A DNA stretch of 64,000 bases from Myxococcota bacterium (GTDB taxonomy: Bacteria; Myxococcota_A; UBA9160; SZUA-336), in contig CBDFGR010000003.1 in NCBI GenBank assembly GCA_965247115.1, positions 192,001-256,000 of the forward strand, in the 5' to 3' direction. This document shows, in pieces, positions 40,126 to 49,176 of the stretch (the stretch's first letter is position 1; every line of letters begins with the position of its first letter). Under the pieces are notes generated by a model. It made no database searches, was not told the DNA's origin, and worked only from the letters and a program-made list of their open reading frames with translations. The position numbers and the translations under genes were made by a program.

Positions 40126-41507
40126 ATGATCCGCGGAACGATTCTGATCGTTGACGACGATGCGTTGTTCCGCGAGGCGCTGACGCGCTATCTGGACGCT
40201 TCCGGCCATGACGTCACCTCCGTGGGAGATCCTCAAAGCGCCGTACAGAAGCTCGAAGAGGGCGCGTTCGAGCTGGTCCTCACCGATCTCAAGATGCCAG
40301 GCATGGACGGCATCGCCCTGATCGAGCGCATCCAGCAGGTTGATCCGGACATCCTCTCGATCGTGATCACGGGCTTCGGCACCACCGATCGCTCGATCGA
40401 GGCCCTCAATCGGGGCGCCTTCTGGTTCATCGACAAGAGCTACGACCGGATCTCGAGCTTTGGCCCGCTCGTGGACAAAGCGCTCGAGTTCCGAAGGCTC
40501 AAAACGTCGAATCGACAGCTCCAACGTCAGCTCCAGGCGAAGTACGGACTGTCCAGCATCATCGGAGAGAGCGAGCCGATCTACCTGATGCTCGACATGA
40601 TTCGAAGGGTCGCGCCGACCGAAGCGCGCGTGCTGATCATTGGTGAGAGCGGTGCGGGCAAGGAGCTGGTCGCTCGCGCAATTCACTACAACAGCGCGCG
40701 CGCCGAGCGTCCCCTGGTCGCCGTCAACTGCGGCGCGGTTCCCGAGGAGCTGCTAGAGAGCGAGCTCTTCGGGCACGTGAAGGGATCCTTCACGGGCGCC
40801 ATTCGTGACCGCGAGGGCCGTTTCCGCGCCGCGGAGGGCGGGACGCTGTTCCTGGACGAGATCGGCGACATGAGCCCGTCGCTGCAGATCAAATTGTTGC
40901 GCGTGATCCAGGAGATGGAGTACGAGCCAGTGGGCTCGTCCAAGACCATGAGCGCCGACGTTCGCATCATCACGGCAACGAACCAGAACCTGCCGGAGCT
41001 GATCAAGGAGAAGCGCTTTCGCCAGGACCTGTACTTCCGCTTGAACGTCGTACCCATCGAGGTACCCCCACTTCGCGAGCGCCGCGAGGATATCTCTCTG
41101 CTGGTCGAGCACTTTCTCAAGCAGCAGCGACGCAGCTATCCGGAGCTGAAGGGCATCGACGCGCCCGCGCTCAAGCGCCTCACGAACTACGACTGGCCGG
41201 GCAACGTGCGCGAGCTCGAAGGTCTGATCGAGCGACTCTCCATCATGCGACGCGAGGGTTGGATCGCAGAAGAGGAGCTGCCGCCGGAGCTGACCGGCAC
41301 AGCGCAGATCAACCGTCGATCACGATTCCTCCCGACGGTGTCGACTTCGAAGGACTCGTGGACAGCTTCGAGTCCGACCTGATCCTCCAAGCCCTGGAAG
41401 CGACGGGCTGGAACAAGAACCGTGCTGCGAAGCTCCTCAACCTGAAGCGAACGACGCTTGTCGAGAAGATCCGCTCGAAGGGCCTTACGAAGCCGCCTGG
41501 CCTCTAG
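40126..41507 (+). pseudogene. FleQ/FlrA-like sigma54 response regulator with a frameshift before the HTH
   Basis: Receiver + AAA (GSFTGA) in the frame ending 41382; HTH (WNKNRAAKLLNLKRTTLVEK) in another frame ending 41507; shift near 41300. Confidence 0.75.
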
Positions 41508-42783
41508 CAGGCTGCGGAGAAAGTGACTGGTTGAGGGGTGGTCCTTCCGACGAGGGGGTTCACCGGCCGAGGGGCGGGGCGCGATTCCCGGTTCGAACCG
41601 GTCTTGGGCTCCGCTGATCGCGGGGCGGTTTCGCACATGACCTACGTGGCCTCCAGCAGCTTGCGGATCCGGATCAGGTTGTAGGCTGCGGCCGTGAAGG
41701 TGAAGACCCAGCCGACCCGATCCGTGCCGCGGTGTCGGGTCTTGCGCATCAGCCCCACGGTCTTCATCCAGCCGAAGACCTCTTCCACCCGTTTGCGAAA
41801 ACGCTGACTCAGTTCGTAGCCCCGGTGGCGCGTCGTCCGCCCGTCGATCGCGCTGCGTCGATTCGTCGTGTTCTGCGCCACGTGTGGGGTCACGCCCAAC
41901 TCTCGAAGCTCTTCCACGAACCCCTTCGTGTCGAAGCCCTTGTCTCCGCCCAATGTCCTCCGACGCCCGCCTCCCAGACCTTCCACCATCTCGAGCGCCG
42001 CTTCGCGCTCCGCATATCCCGACGCCTGCGTGAGCTTCGCCGCGACCACCAAGCCGTTCCGGTTCTCCGTCACCACGTGTCCCTGGTACGCGAGTCGGGC
42101 GCCTTGGCCTCTCATACCGGCGAGTCGTGCGTCGGGATCCGTCGTCGACGCATGCGTCTGGTTGCTCCGCTTCTCGCCTCGGAAGTTCACCGTCGGGTTG
42201 CCCGGGTCATCGTCGTCTCTCCGTTCCTCGTCCTTCCGTACGAAGCTCTTCTGGCTCGCCCACGCCTCGATCAGCGTCCCGTCTACCGTGAAGTGCTCCA
42301 ACGACACCCATCCCTCGGTCTCGGCCTGCTCCAGCACTGCGTCGAAGAAGTGCTCGGCAATCTCGCCCTTGAGCAGCCGGTCTCGGTTCTTCGTGAACAC
42401 CGTGGCGCTGAACACCACCTCGTCAAGCTCCAGACCCACGAACCAGCGATACAGCAGGTTGTACTCCAGCTGCTCCACCAGCTGCCGCTCGCTCCGGATG
42501 GTGTAGAGCACCTGCAGCAGCAGGGCGCGCAGCAGCTGCTCCGGGGGCACGGACGGGCGCCCTACGCCTCTGGCGTAGATCGCGTCGAAGCGCGGCGATA
42601 GCCGCTGCAGCGCCGTGTCGACCATGCGCCGCATCGCTCGAAGCGGATGATCATCCGGAATCCGCGACTCCAGCGACACGTAGCTGAACATCCCGCCCTG
42701 AAGCGTCCCCTGTCCTCTCACGCCTCCCCCTTTGGGGCTCGCTCCCAAGGTACCCTTCGATGAGGAGTTTTTCAGCAGCCTGC
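41507..42783 (-). mobile_element. IS5-family insertion sequence
   Basis: Imperfect TIRs GCAGGCTGCGGAGAAAGT / AGTTTTTCAGCAGCCTGC, TA on both flanks, single transposase. Confidence 0.9.
41642..42721 (-). CDS. IS5-family DDE transposase
   Basis: MFSYVSLESRIPDDHPLR, VDGTLIEAWAS, GDKGFD, RKRVEEVFGWMK; GTG start with GGAGG RBS. Confidence 0.93.
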   Translation of the reverse strand: MRGQGTLQGGMFSYVSLESRIPDDHPLRAMRRMVDTALQRLSPRFDAIYARGVGRPSVPPEQLLRALLLQVLYTIRSERQLVEQLEYNLLYRWFVGLELDEVVFSATVFTKNRDRLLKGEIAEHFFDAVLEQAETEGWVSLEHFTVDGTLIEAWASQKSFVRKDEERRDDDDPGNPTVNFRGEKRSNQTHASTTDPDARLAGMRGQGARLAYQGHVVTENRNGLVVAAKLTQASGYAEREAALEMVEGLGGGRRRTLGGDKGFDTKGFVEELRELGVTPHVAQNTTNRRSAIDGRTTRHRGYELSQRFRKRVEEVFGWMKTVGLMRKTRHRGTDRVGWVFTFTAAAYNLIRIRKLLEAT

Positions 42784-42989
42784 TAAGCACGATCGCGGGC
42801 CAGGGTGACGATTCCGTAACACCTCGAAGCCGGAAACTGTCAAGGATCTGACTCTCGGGAGGCCCGTTCCACCGCGCTCGCGCGGTCTCTCAAGGCTCCC
42901 GAGCGGCTGCTCTTCCGCCGCGACCTCAACGGCTTCGAGCGCCGCGCTGCGCAGAAACGAGTGCCTGCTGAGCCGGAGCTCATGCCTCC

Positions 42990-43006
42990 ACGGCACCTGA
43001 CTTGCA
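42990..43006 (+). promoter_or_regulatory. Sigma54 promoter upstream of fliA
   Basis: CGGCACCTGACTTGCA (GG-N10-GC), ~70 nt before the fliA ATG. Confidence 0.7.
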
Positions 43007-43072
43007 CATGTAGCGACCTCCACACGGAAGCTGGACCTGGCTTGTTGCGCCCACGGATTCGGGAGGTCACTG

Positions 43073-43828
43073 ATGGAGGCACTGCTGCGGGAAGCGCGGG
43101 AAAACCATGACGGGATCCCGGCGGAGCTGAAGGAGAAAATCGTTCTTCAGCACACGCCGCTGATCCGGTACATCGTCAATCGAATTGCCATACGTCTTCC
43201 ATCGCACATCGACCTTGACGACCTTCACAACACGGGCGTGATCGGCTTGATGGATGCGATCGACAAGTACGATCCCAACAAGAATTGCAAGTTCAAGACC
43301 TATGCGGAGTTCCGCATCAAAGGCGCGATTCTGGACCAGCTGCGTTCGCTCGATTGGGTGCCACGGTCGATCCGCCAGAAGAGCCGTCGACTCGAGCAGG
43401 CCTACACCGAAGTGGAACAGCGACTCGGTCGTTCCGCAACAGAGCACGAGGTTGCCGGGTCGCTTGGAATCGAGCTCGACGAGTTTCACTTTCTGCTGAA
43501 CCAGGTCCGCGGGATCTCGATGATCAATCTGGACGAGCTTCGCTCCGGGGCCGACTCGGACCAGCCGATGCACGGCGACATCTTCGAGGACGTGAAGGCG
43601 GAGAACCCCTTCATCTCGTTGAAGTCACGCGAGATGCGCCAGGCGGTGGCCGAGTGCATCGGGATCCTGCCGGAGAAGGAGCGACTCGTGATTTCGCTCT
43701 ACTACTACGAGGATCTGAACATGAAGGAGATCGGAAACGTCCTCGGCATCACCGAGTCTCGTGTGTGTCAGATCCACACAAAGGCGGTCGCTCGTCTGCG
43801 CTCGAAGCTCAGAACACTGCTCACCTGA
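43073..43828 (+). CDS. fliA: FliA/WhiG family sigma factor (sigma28)
   Basis: RIKGAILDQLRSLDWVPRS, LYYYEDLNMKEIG, TESRVCQIH. Confidence 0.93.
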   Translation: MEALLREARENHDGIPAELKEKIVLQHTPLIRYIVNRIAIRLPSHIDLDDLHNTGVIGLMDAIDKYDPNKNCKFKTYAEFRIKGAILDQLRSLDWVPRSIRQKSRRLEQAYTEVEQRLGRSATEHEVAGSLGIELDEFHFLLNQVRGISMINLDELRSGADSDQPMHGDIFEDVKAENPFISLKSREMRQAVAECIGILPEKERLVISLYYYEDLNMKEIGNVLGITESRVCQIHTKAVARLRSKLRTLLT

Positions 43829-43878
43829 CGCAAGGCGGCCGGAAGAGCACCAGGAGTGGTCCGGGCGGCGAAGAATGC

Positions 43879-43905
43879 TAAAGATGTTCGCGGTCTTCCC
43901 GATAA
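43879..43905 (+). promoter_or_regulatory. Sigma28 promoter upstream of the flgM-like gene
   Basis: TAAA-N15-CCCGATAA versus consensus TAAA-N15-GCCGATAA. Confidence 0.85.
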
Positions 43906-43934
43906 CAGAGGGGACCTTCGCGAGGAGATCGGAG

Positions 43935-44138
43935 ATGCCAAAGAAGACCCGTGCGGACCTGATCCCCCCGGTCGAGGTCGAAGACCTCTACTCGCCTGAA
44001 TACTTGAAAGACTGCGCCGATGAGGAGGCGCGCCAGGGGCGTCTGGAAGAGCTGAAGCGCAGGATCGAGCTCGGCGCCTACAAGGTCGACCCCGACTCGG
44101 TAGCCCTCCACATGATGGGCCGCGTCGACCTGGACTAG
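43935..44138 (+). CDS. flgM: Short FlgM-like anti-sigma28 factor
   Basis: RLEELKRRIELGAYKVDPDSVALHM resembles the FlgM C-terminal motif; adjacent to fliA with its own sigma28 promoter. Confidence 0.8.
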   Translation: MPKKTRADLIPPVEVEDLYSPEYLKDCADEEARQGRLEELKRRIELGAYKVDPDSVALHMMGRVDLD

Positions 44139-44140
44139 TC

Positions 44141-44417
44141 TGCCTTGTGGGACCCGGCGCGCGAGCGGTCGCGCGCCACCCACCTCCGCTCAGGCCCTCG
44201 GCCTTCGCTGCGCGCGCCGCGTCCGCGGCGCTTGCCTTGTGGGACCCGGCCGCGGGCGGCCGCGGCCACCCACCTCCGCTCAGGCCCTCGGCCTTCGCTG
44301 CGCGCGCCGCGTCCGCGGCGCTTGCCTTGTGGGACCCGGCCGCGGGCGGCCGCGGCCACCCACCTCCGCTCAGGCCCTCGGCCTTCGCTGCGCGCGCCGC
44401 GTTCCGCGGCGCTTGCA
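44141..44417. repeat. Three tandem ~90-bp REP-like units
   Basis: Units start at 44141, 44233, 44323 (TGCCTTGTGGGACCCGGC...CCACCCACCTCCGCTCAGG...GCCGCGTCCGCGGCGCT) between convergent genes. Confidence 0.9.
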
Positions 44418-44465
44418 CGGTCGCCTCCACGCTGTACTGGCGCTTCTTCACGGGACCCGAAGACC

Positions 44466-45209
44466 CTAACCAGCCAGATAGACGACTACGGCGGTGGCGT
44501 TGTCTCGGCCGCCGCTGGCGTTCGCGGCGTCGATGAGGCGAGTCGCGGCCAGGGCGGGGTCGTGCCACCAGCGCGAGAGAATCTCGTGAATTGTCGGGTC
44601 TTCCAGCTGGGCGCTGATCCCGTCTGTGCAGAGCAATAGGGAGTCGCCCTCCTCGACGCGGAGCGCGCCGATGTCCGCCTCGACGGCGTCGACCACGCCG
44701 AGGGCCCGCGTGATCACGTGGCGGTCGGGGTGCTTGCGAGCCTCTTCTTCGGACAGCTCGTGGTGGGCGATCATCTCCCCTACCGTCGAGTGATCGCTCG
44801 TGAGCCGGTAGAGTACTCCACCTCGAAGCAGATAGACGCGACTGTCTCCCACGTTCACCAATGTCGCCGTAGGGCGGTCGATCCACACGGCTGCCAGCGT
44901 CGTTCCCATACCCTCGAGGTCCGGCGCTCGGTGGACGGCCTCGCGGATCTCGCCGTTCGCAAGCCGCGCGGCCCGGCGAATCGCGCTCGTTCGGTCCATC
45001 AGGGGGGAATTGTCGAGAGCGTCACAGAACGACGTGACGCCGATCTTCGAGGCGCGGCTGCCCGCCACGTGGCCTCCGAGACCATCCGCGACCACAAAGA
45101 GTCCCCTCTCGGGCAGATTGGCGAGAGAGTCCTCGTTGACCTGACGGGTACACCCTACATCGGTACGCCCGGCCGAGATGAAGCGAAAGCCCGTCACCGC
45201 TTCAGGCAT
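44466..45209 (-). CDS. PP2C-family Ser/Thr phosphatase
   Basis: TDVG..R..NED, VADGLGGH, VGDSR, LCTDG, GGRDN. Confidence 0.92.
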   Translation of the reverse strand: MPEAVTGFRFISAGRTDVGCTRQVNEDSLANLPERGLFVVADGLGGHVAGSRASKIGVTSFCDALDNSPLMDRTSAIRRAARLANGEIREAVHRAPDLEGMGTTLAAVWIDRPTATLVNVGDSRVYLLRGGVLYRLTSDHSTVGEMIAHHELSEEEARKHPDRHVITRALGVVDAVEADIGALRVEEGDSLLLCTDGISAQLEDPTIHEILSRWWHDPALAATRLIDAANASGGRDNATAVVVYLAG

Positions 45210-45302
45210 CGGGCGGCGGCCGCGACGCCTTGACCGAGTTCGGGCGCACCAAGCGGTGAATCTGGTATCGTTCCGCGCCAAGCTGCAAGCCATCGTGACC
45301 AT

Positions 45303-45330
45303 TCAACCGATCACGCACTTCGACCGATAG
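45303..45330 (+). promoter_or_regulatory. Candidate sigma28-type promoter for romR
   Basis: TCAA-N16-ACCGATAG, ~54 nt upstream of the ATG. Confidence 0.45.
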
Positions 45331-45383
45331 ATTCAGCAGTAGCGGCTTCTTTCAGGCCCGAGGTGTGTGGAGGTTCCGGCCCG

Positions 45384-46625
45384 ATGCCCAAGACCCTACT
45401 CCTGGCCGACGACAGTGTGACGATCCAGAAGGTGGTCGGCATCACGTTCGCGAATGAGGACGTGGAGCTCGTGACGGCTCCCAACGGGGACGACGCGCTG
45501 CGGAAGGCGCGCGAGCTCAAGCCGGACCTCGTGCTGGCAGACATCGGAATGCCCGGGCTCGATGGCTACGAGCTGTGCGCGGCCATTCGCCAGGAGCCTG
45601 AGCTGGCGAGCATCCCGGTTCTCCTCTTGACGGGTACCTTCGAGACCTACGACGAAGAGCGCGCAACCGAGGTCGGTGCGAGCGCGTACATCGCCAAGCC
45701 CTTCGAGGCACAGGCGCTGATCGATCAGGTGAACACCCTGCTGAACGCCCCGCCGGAGGTTGGCGCCCCCGATCCGGAGCCAGGTGACGACGTCGAGGCA
45801 GACAGCCCCAGTGCGAATCCCCAGCACGTGCTTGGCGCCGTGCAGCTGTCTAGGGCCGGAGTCCACGAGGGCGGAGCCGATAAGACGCTGCCCTCGGCCG
45901 AGGCTCCCGATCTGCTGGAAGGTCCTCTCGGCGCTCCCCTACCCCCGCCTGCAGGAGCGCCTGCGCCTTCGTCGGACCTCAGCTTCGAGGACCTGGACTT
46001 CCAGGGCGCGCCCGCGGGCGAGTCTGGCTCGAACACTCAGATCTTCGGCGATGCGCCGACATTTGGCTCCGACTTGAGCGGCCGTGAGAAGAGCTCCACT
46101 CCGGAGCCGGTTGCCGAGGCGATGGACACGGACCACGGCTTCGACCACAACGGCGAGACGGCGTTTCTCGATCCGATGCTGCTCCCCACGAAGCCGGACC
46201 AGGAGCCGCTGGATGACACCAGGGACGACGCCCGTACCCCAGCCAGCAGCTCACCATTCGCGGGCCTGGACGCCGCCTCCGGCGCCGCCCTGGGGAGTCC
46301 GGACGAGACGGTGATCGACACTCCCGAGGTCTTACCGGATCCCGAGCCGCTGCAGACGATGAGCTTTCCGCCGGAGTCCACGCCCGGCGAGTCCGCTCTC
46401 CTGGACCAGGCTGCCCGCAGCGCGGGACCGCAGGCGCCGCTCGACCGACAGGCGATCTCGAGCGCGATCGAGAAGCTGGCCTGGGAGGCGTTCGGCAACC
46501 TCTCGGAGGAGCTGGTTCGCGAGGTGGTCAAGAAGGTCGAGTCGATTGCCTGGGAAGTCGTGCCGGTGCTGGCCGAGCGCATGCTCCAGGAAGAGATCGA
46601 CAAGCTCAAGGGCGGACCCGAATAG
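45384..46625 (+). CDS. romR: RomR-like polarity response regulator
   Basis: Receiver MPKTLLLADDSVTIQKVV, long Pro/acidic linker, C-terminal IAWEVVPVLAERML; upstream of nadC-birA-coaX. Confidence 0.85.
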   Translation: MPKTLLLADDSVTIQKVVGITFANEDVELVTAPNGDDALRKARELKPDLVLADIGMPGLDGYELCAAIRQEPELASIPVLLLTGTFETYDEERATEVGASAYIAKPFEAQALIDQVNTLLNAPPEVGAPDPEPGDDVEADSPSANPQHVLGAVQLSRAGVHEGGADKTLPSAEAPDLLEGPLGAPLPPPAGAPAPSSDLSFEDLDFQGAPAGESGSNTQIFGDAPTFGSDLSGREKSSTPEPVAEAMDTDHGFDHNGETAFLDPMLLPTKPDQEPLDDTRDDARTPASSSPFAGLDAASGAALGSPDETVIDTPEVLPDPEPLQTMSFPPESTPGESALLDQAARSAGPQAPLDRQAISSAIEKLAWEAFGNLSEELVREVVKKVESIAWEVVPVLAERMLQEEIDKLKGGPE

Positions 46626-46756
46626 GCCTCGCACGGCCCGGGGCTGCGCACCGGCCCCCGCCAGGTCGCATCGACCAGCCGGCGTCTCGTATAGTCGACC
46701 CGAGTCCCAGCGCGGCCCGGAGCCGGCCAGGGGCGGGAGGCGTTCCTGTGGTACGA

Positions 46757-47599
46757 ATGCCCGAGCGCTCGTCGTGGGTGTGGCTGGTCGAGGCGGCACT
46801 CGCAGAGGATCTGGGACCCGGCGATGCCACCTCGCTCGCCGTCCTGCCTGACGGCCTGGCCGGGAGGGCGCGCATCGAGGCTCGAACCCCGACCGTGGTG
46901 TCGGGCCTGCAGGTGGCGGCCGAGGTCTTCGAGCGCAACGGCGCCCAGTTTCGGGCTGCCGTGGCCGACGGTGACCTCGTCGACCCGGGCGGAGTCCTGG
47001 CGAGCGTGGACGGAGGAGCGCAGGAGATCCTGTCGGCAGAACGGACCGCGCTCAATTTCCTGCAGCGTCTCTCCGGCATCGCGCAGCTCACGCACGACTA
47101 CTGCGAGGTCGTTCGCGGTACCCGCGCCCAGATCATAGATACGCGAAAGACGACTCCGGGCTGGAGGCAGCTCGAGAAATACGCCGTTCGGTGCGGAGGT
47201 GGTGGCAACCACCGCGTCGGCCTCTTCGACGGCATCCTGATCAAGGACAACCACATTGCGGCCGTCGGCGGCGTGGCAAACGCGGTCAAGCTCGCGCGCA
47301 CCAGAGGTGCCAGGGGCCTACGGGTACGTGCCGAGGTCGAGTCCCTCGAGGCGGCTCGAGAGGCGCTCGACGCGGGCGCGGACGCGCTCCTGGTCGACAA
47401 CCAGCCCCCTGCGACGATTGCCGAGATCGTAGCCCTCGTAAAGGGGAGGGTTCCCGTGGAGGCGAGTGGCGGCGTGACGCTCGCGAACGTCGCCGCGATC
47501 GCACGCACCGGCGTCGACGAGATCTCCGTCGGAGCGCTCACACACTCCGCTCCCGCCGCGGACATCGCCCTCGAATGGAACGCGACCTCTTCGGGCTGA
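46757..47599 (+). CDS. nadC: Nicotinate-nucleotide pyrophosphorylase
   Basis: ERTALNFLQ, DTRKTTPG, LIKDNH, EASGG, ISVGALTHS. Confidence 0.95.
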   Translation: MPERSSWVWLVEAALAEDLGPGDATSLAVLPDGLAGRARIEARTPTVVSGLQVAAEVFERNGAQFRAAVADGDLVDPGGVLASVDGGAQEILSAERTALNFLQRLSGIAQLTHDYCEVVRGTRAQIIDTRKTTPGWRQLEKYAVRCGGGGNHRVGLFDGILIKDNHIAAVGGVANAVKLARTRGARGLRVRAEVESLEAAREALDAGADALLVDNQPPATIAEIVALVKGRVPVEASGGVTLANVAAIARTGVDEISVGALTHSAPAADIALEWNATSSG

Positions 47600-48369
47600 A
47601 TCTGACGACGCGCTGGGTCGGGACCTGGCTCGAGATCTACAGTGAGGTGGACTCGACCAATCTCGTGGCGGAGCGGCTCGCCGCAGCCGGTGCTCCCGAG
47701 GGCACGCTCGTGCTCGGGGATCGGCAGAGCGCGGGGCGCGGTCGCCTCGGCCGGAGCTTTCACTCGCCGGGCGAGCTAGGCCTCTACATGTCGCTGCTCC
47801 TACGTCCCGGGTCTCACGACTCGCAGCTGCAGCAGTACATCTTCCTCGCGGCGCTCGCCGTTGCGGAGAGTGCCACGGAGGCACTCCCGGACTCGGTCGC
47901 CGTCGAGATCAAGTGGCCAAACGACGTGCTCCTCGACGGGAAGAAGACGAGTGGCATCAACCTCCCGGTGCAGCTCGATGGCGAACGGGTCGGCTCCGCA
48001 GTGCTCGGGATCGGCATCAATCTGAACAACTCCGACTTCCCGCCGGAGCTCCGGGCTACCGCGACGAGCCTGCGGATCGCCGGCGGCTCCCCCGTCGCAC
48101 GCACTGAGTTCGCGGAGCGGCTCCTCCTCCGGCTCGAGCGCGGGATCGACGCACTCCGCTCCGAGGGGCCCAAATGGGTCTTGGAGGGCTGGAAGAAATT
48201 CTTCAGAATGCGGGGAGCGCGGGTGCGCATCGGAGGACCGGGCGTCAGCGGAGAGGTGGAGGGAGTCGTTACCGGGGTCGACTCGGACGGTGCTCTCCTG
48301 CTTCAAGCCGACGGGAGGACCGAGAGGATCCTGGCGGGAGATGTGACAGTGCTCCACAGAGAAAGGTGA
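47575..48369 (+). CDS. birA: Biotin--acetyl-CoA-carboxylase ligase (no HTH)
   Basis: DSTN, QSAGRGRLGR, KWPND, GIGIN. Confidence 0.92.
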   Translation: MERDLFGLNLTTRWVGTWLEIYSEVDSTNLVAERLAAAGAPEGTLVLGDRQSAGRGRLGRSFHSPGELGLYMSLLLRPGSHDSQLQQYIFLAALAVAESATEALPDSVAVEIKWPNDVLLDGKKTSGINLPVQLDGERVGSAVLGIGINLNNSDFPPELRATATSLRIAGGSPVARTEFAERLLLRLERGIDALRSEGPKWVLEGWKKFFRMRGARVRIGGPGVSGEVEGVVTGVDSDGALLLQADGRTERILAGDVTVLHRER

Positions 48370-48376
48370 AGCCGGC

Positions 48377-49150
48377 GTGCTGCTCTCGATCGACATCGGA
48401 AACACGCACGTCGCATTGGGCCTGTTCGGCGGTCCCAAGCTCGTGCACCACTGGCGGCTCGGCACAAATCCGCACTACACCTCCGACGAGGTCGCAGCCA
48501 TATTGCGCTCGCTCTTCGAGCTCGGCGAGGTCGACCGGGGGGAGGTCAACGACGGAATCATCTCCTGCGTGGTTCCTCCACTGCTCCCTATCTTCGAGCG
48601 CACCTGCATCAAGCTGATCGGGCAGCCGCCCCTCGTGGTCGGGCCGGGCACCCGTTCGGGCATGCCGATTCGCGTCGACAATCCGCGAGAGGTGGGGGCG
48701 GACCGCATCGCGACCTCGGTGGCGGCGTACGAGATACTGGGCGGTCCCGCGATCTCGATCGACTTCGGCACCGCGACGACTTTCGACTGCATCTCGGCCG
48801 AGGGAGAGTTCATCGGGGGGGCGATCTTTCCCGGGGTCCTCCTCTCCCTCGACGCGCTGGTCCTGGGGGCCTCCAAGCTCTCGGGCGTGGAGATCGTCCG
48901 TCCCCCAGCCGTAATCGGCAAGAACACCACACACAACCTGCAGTCGGGCATGCTGTTCGGCTATGCGGGCATGGTCGACACCATGGTGAGGCGAATCCGC
49001 GAGGAACTCGGAGCGGATGCCGAGGTCGTCGGGACCGGGGGGCTGGCAGGCCTGATCGCCACGGAGGCGGAGACGATCCGTCGGGTCGAGCCCTTTCTCA
49101 CTCTGGAAGGGCTTCGCTACATCTATGAGCGAAACCGGGAGCCCGCCTGA
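48377..49150 (+). CDS. coaX: Type III pantothenate kinase
   Basis: IDIGNT, EVGADR, DFGTATT, GGAIFPG. Confidence 0.95.
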   Translation: MLLSIDIGNTHVALGLFGGPKLVHHWRLGTNPHYTSDEVAAILRSLFELGEVDRGEVNDGIISCVVPPLLPIFERTCIKLIGQPPLVVGPGTRSGMPIRVDNPREVGADRIATSVAAYEILGGPAISIDFGTATTFDCISAEGEFIGGAIFPGVLLSLDALVLGASKLSGVEIVRPPAVIGKNTTHNLQSGMLFGYAGMVDTMVRRIREELGADAEVVGTGGLAGLIATEAETIRRVEPFLTLEGLRYIYERNREPA

Positions 49151-49176
49151 GACGGGAGCCGGCCGAGAGGGGTTTC

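Noticed and set aside
44141..44417. CRISPR array or small repeat-protein ORFs
   Set aside because: Whole ~90-bp units repeat with no variable spacers; the ORFs are translations of a GC-rich repeat also found at 32.3 kb.
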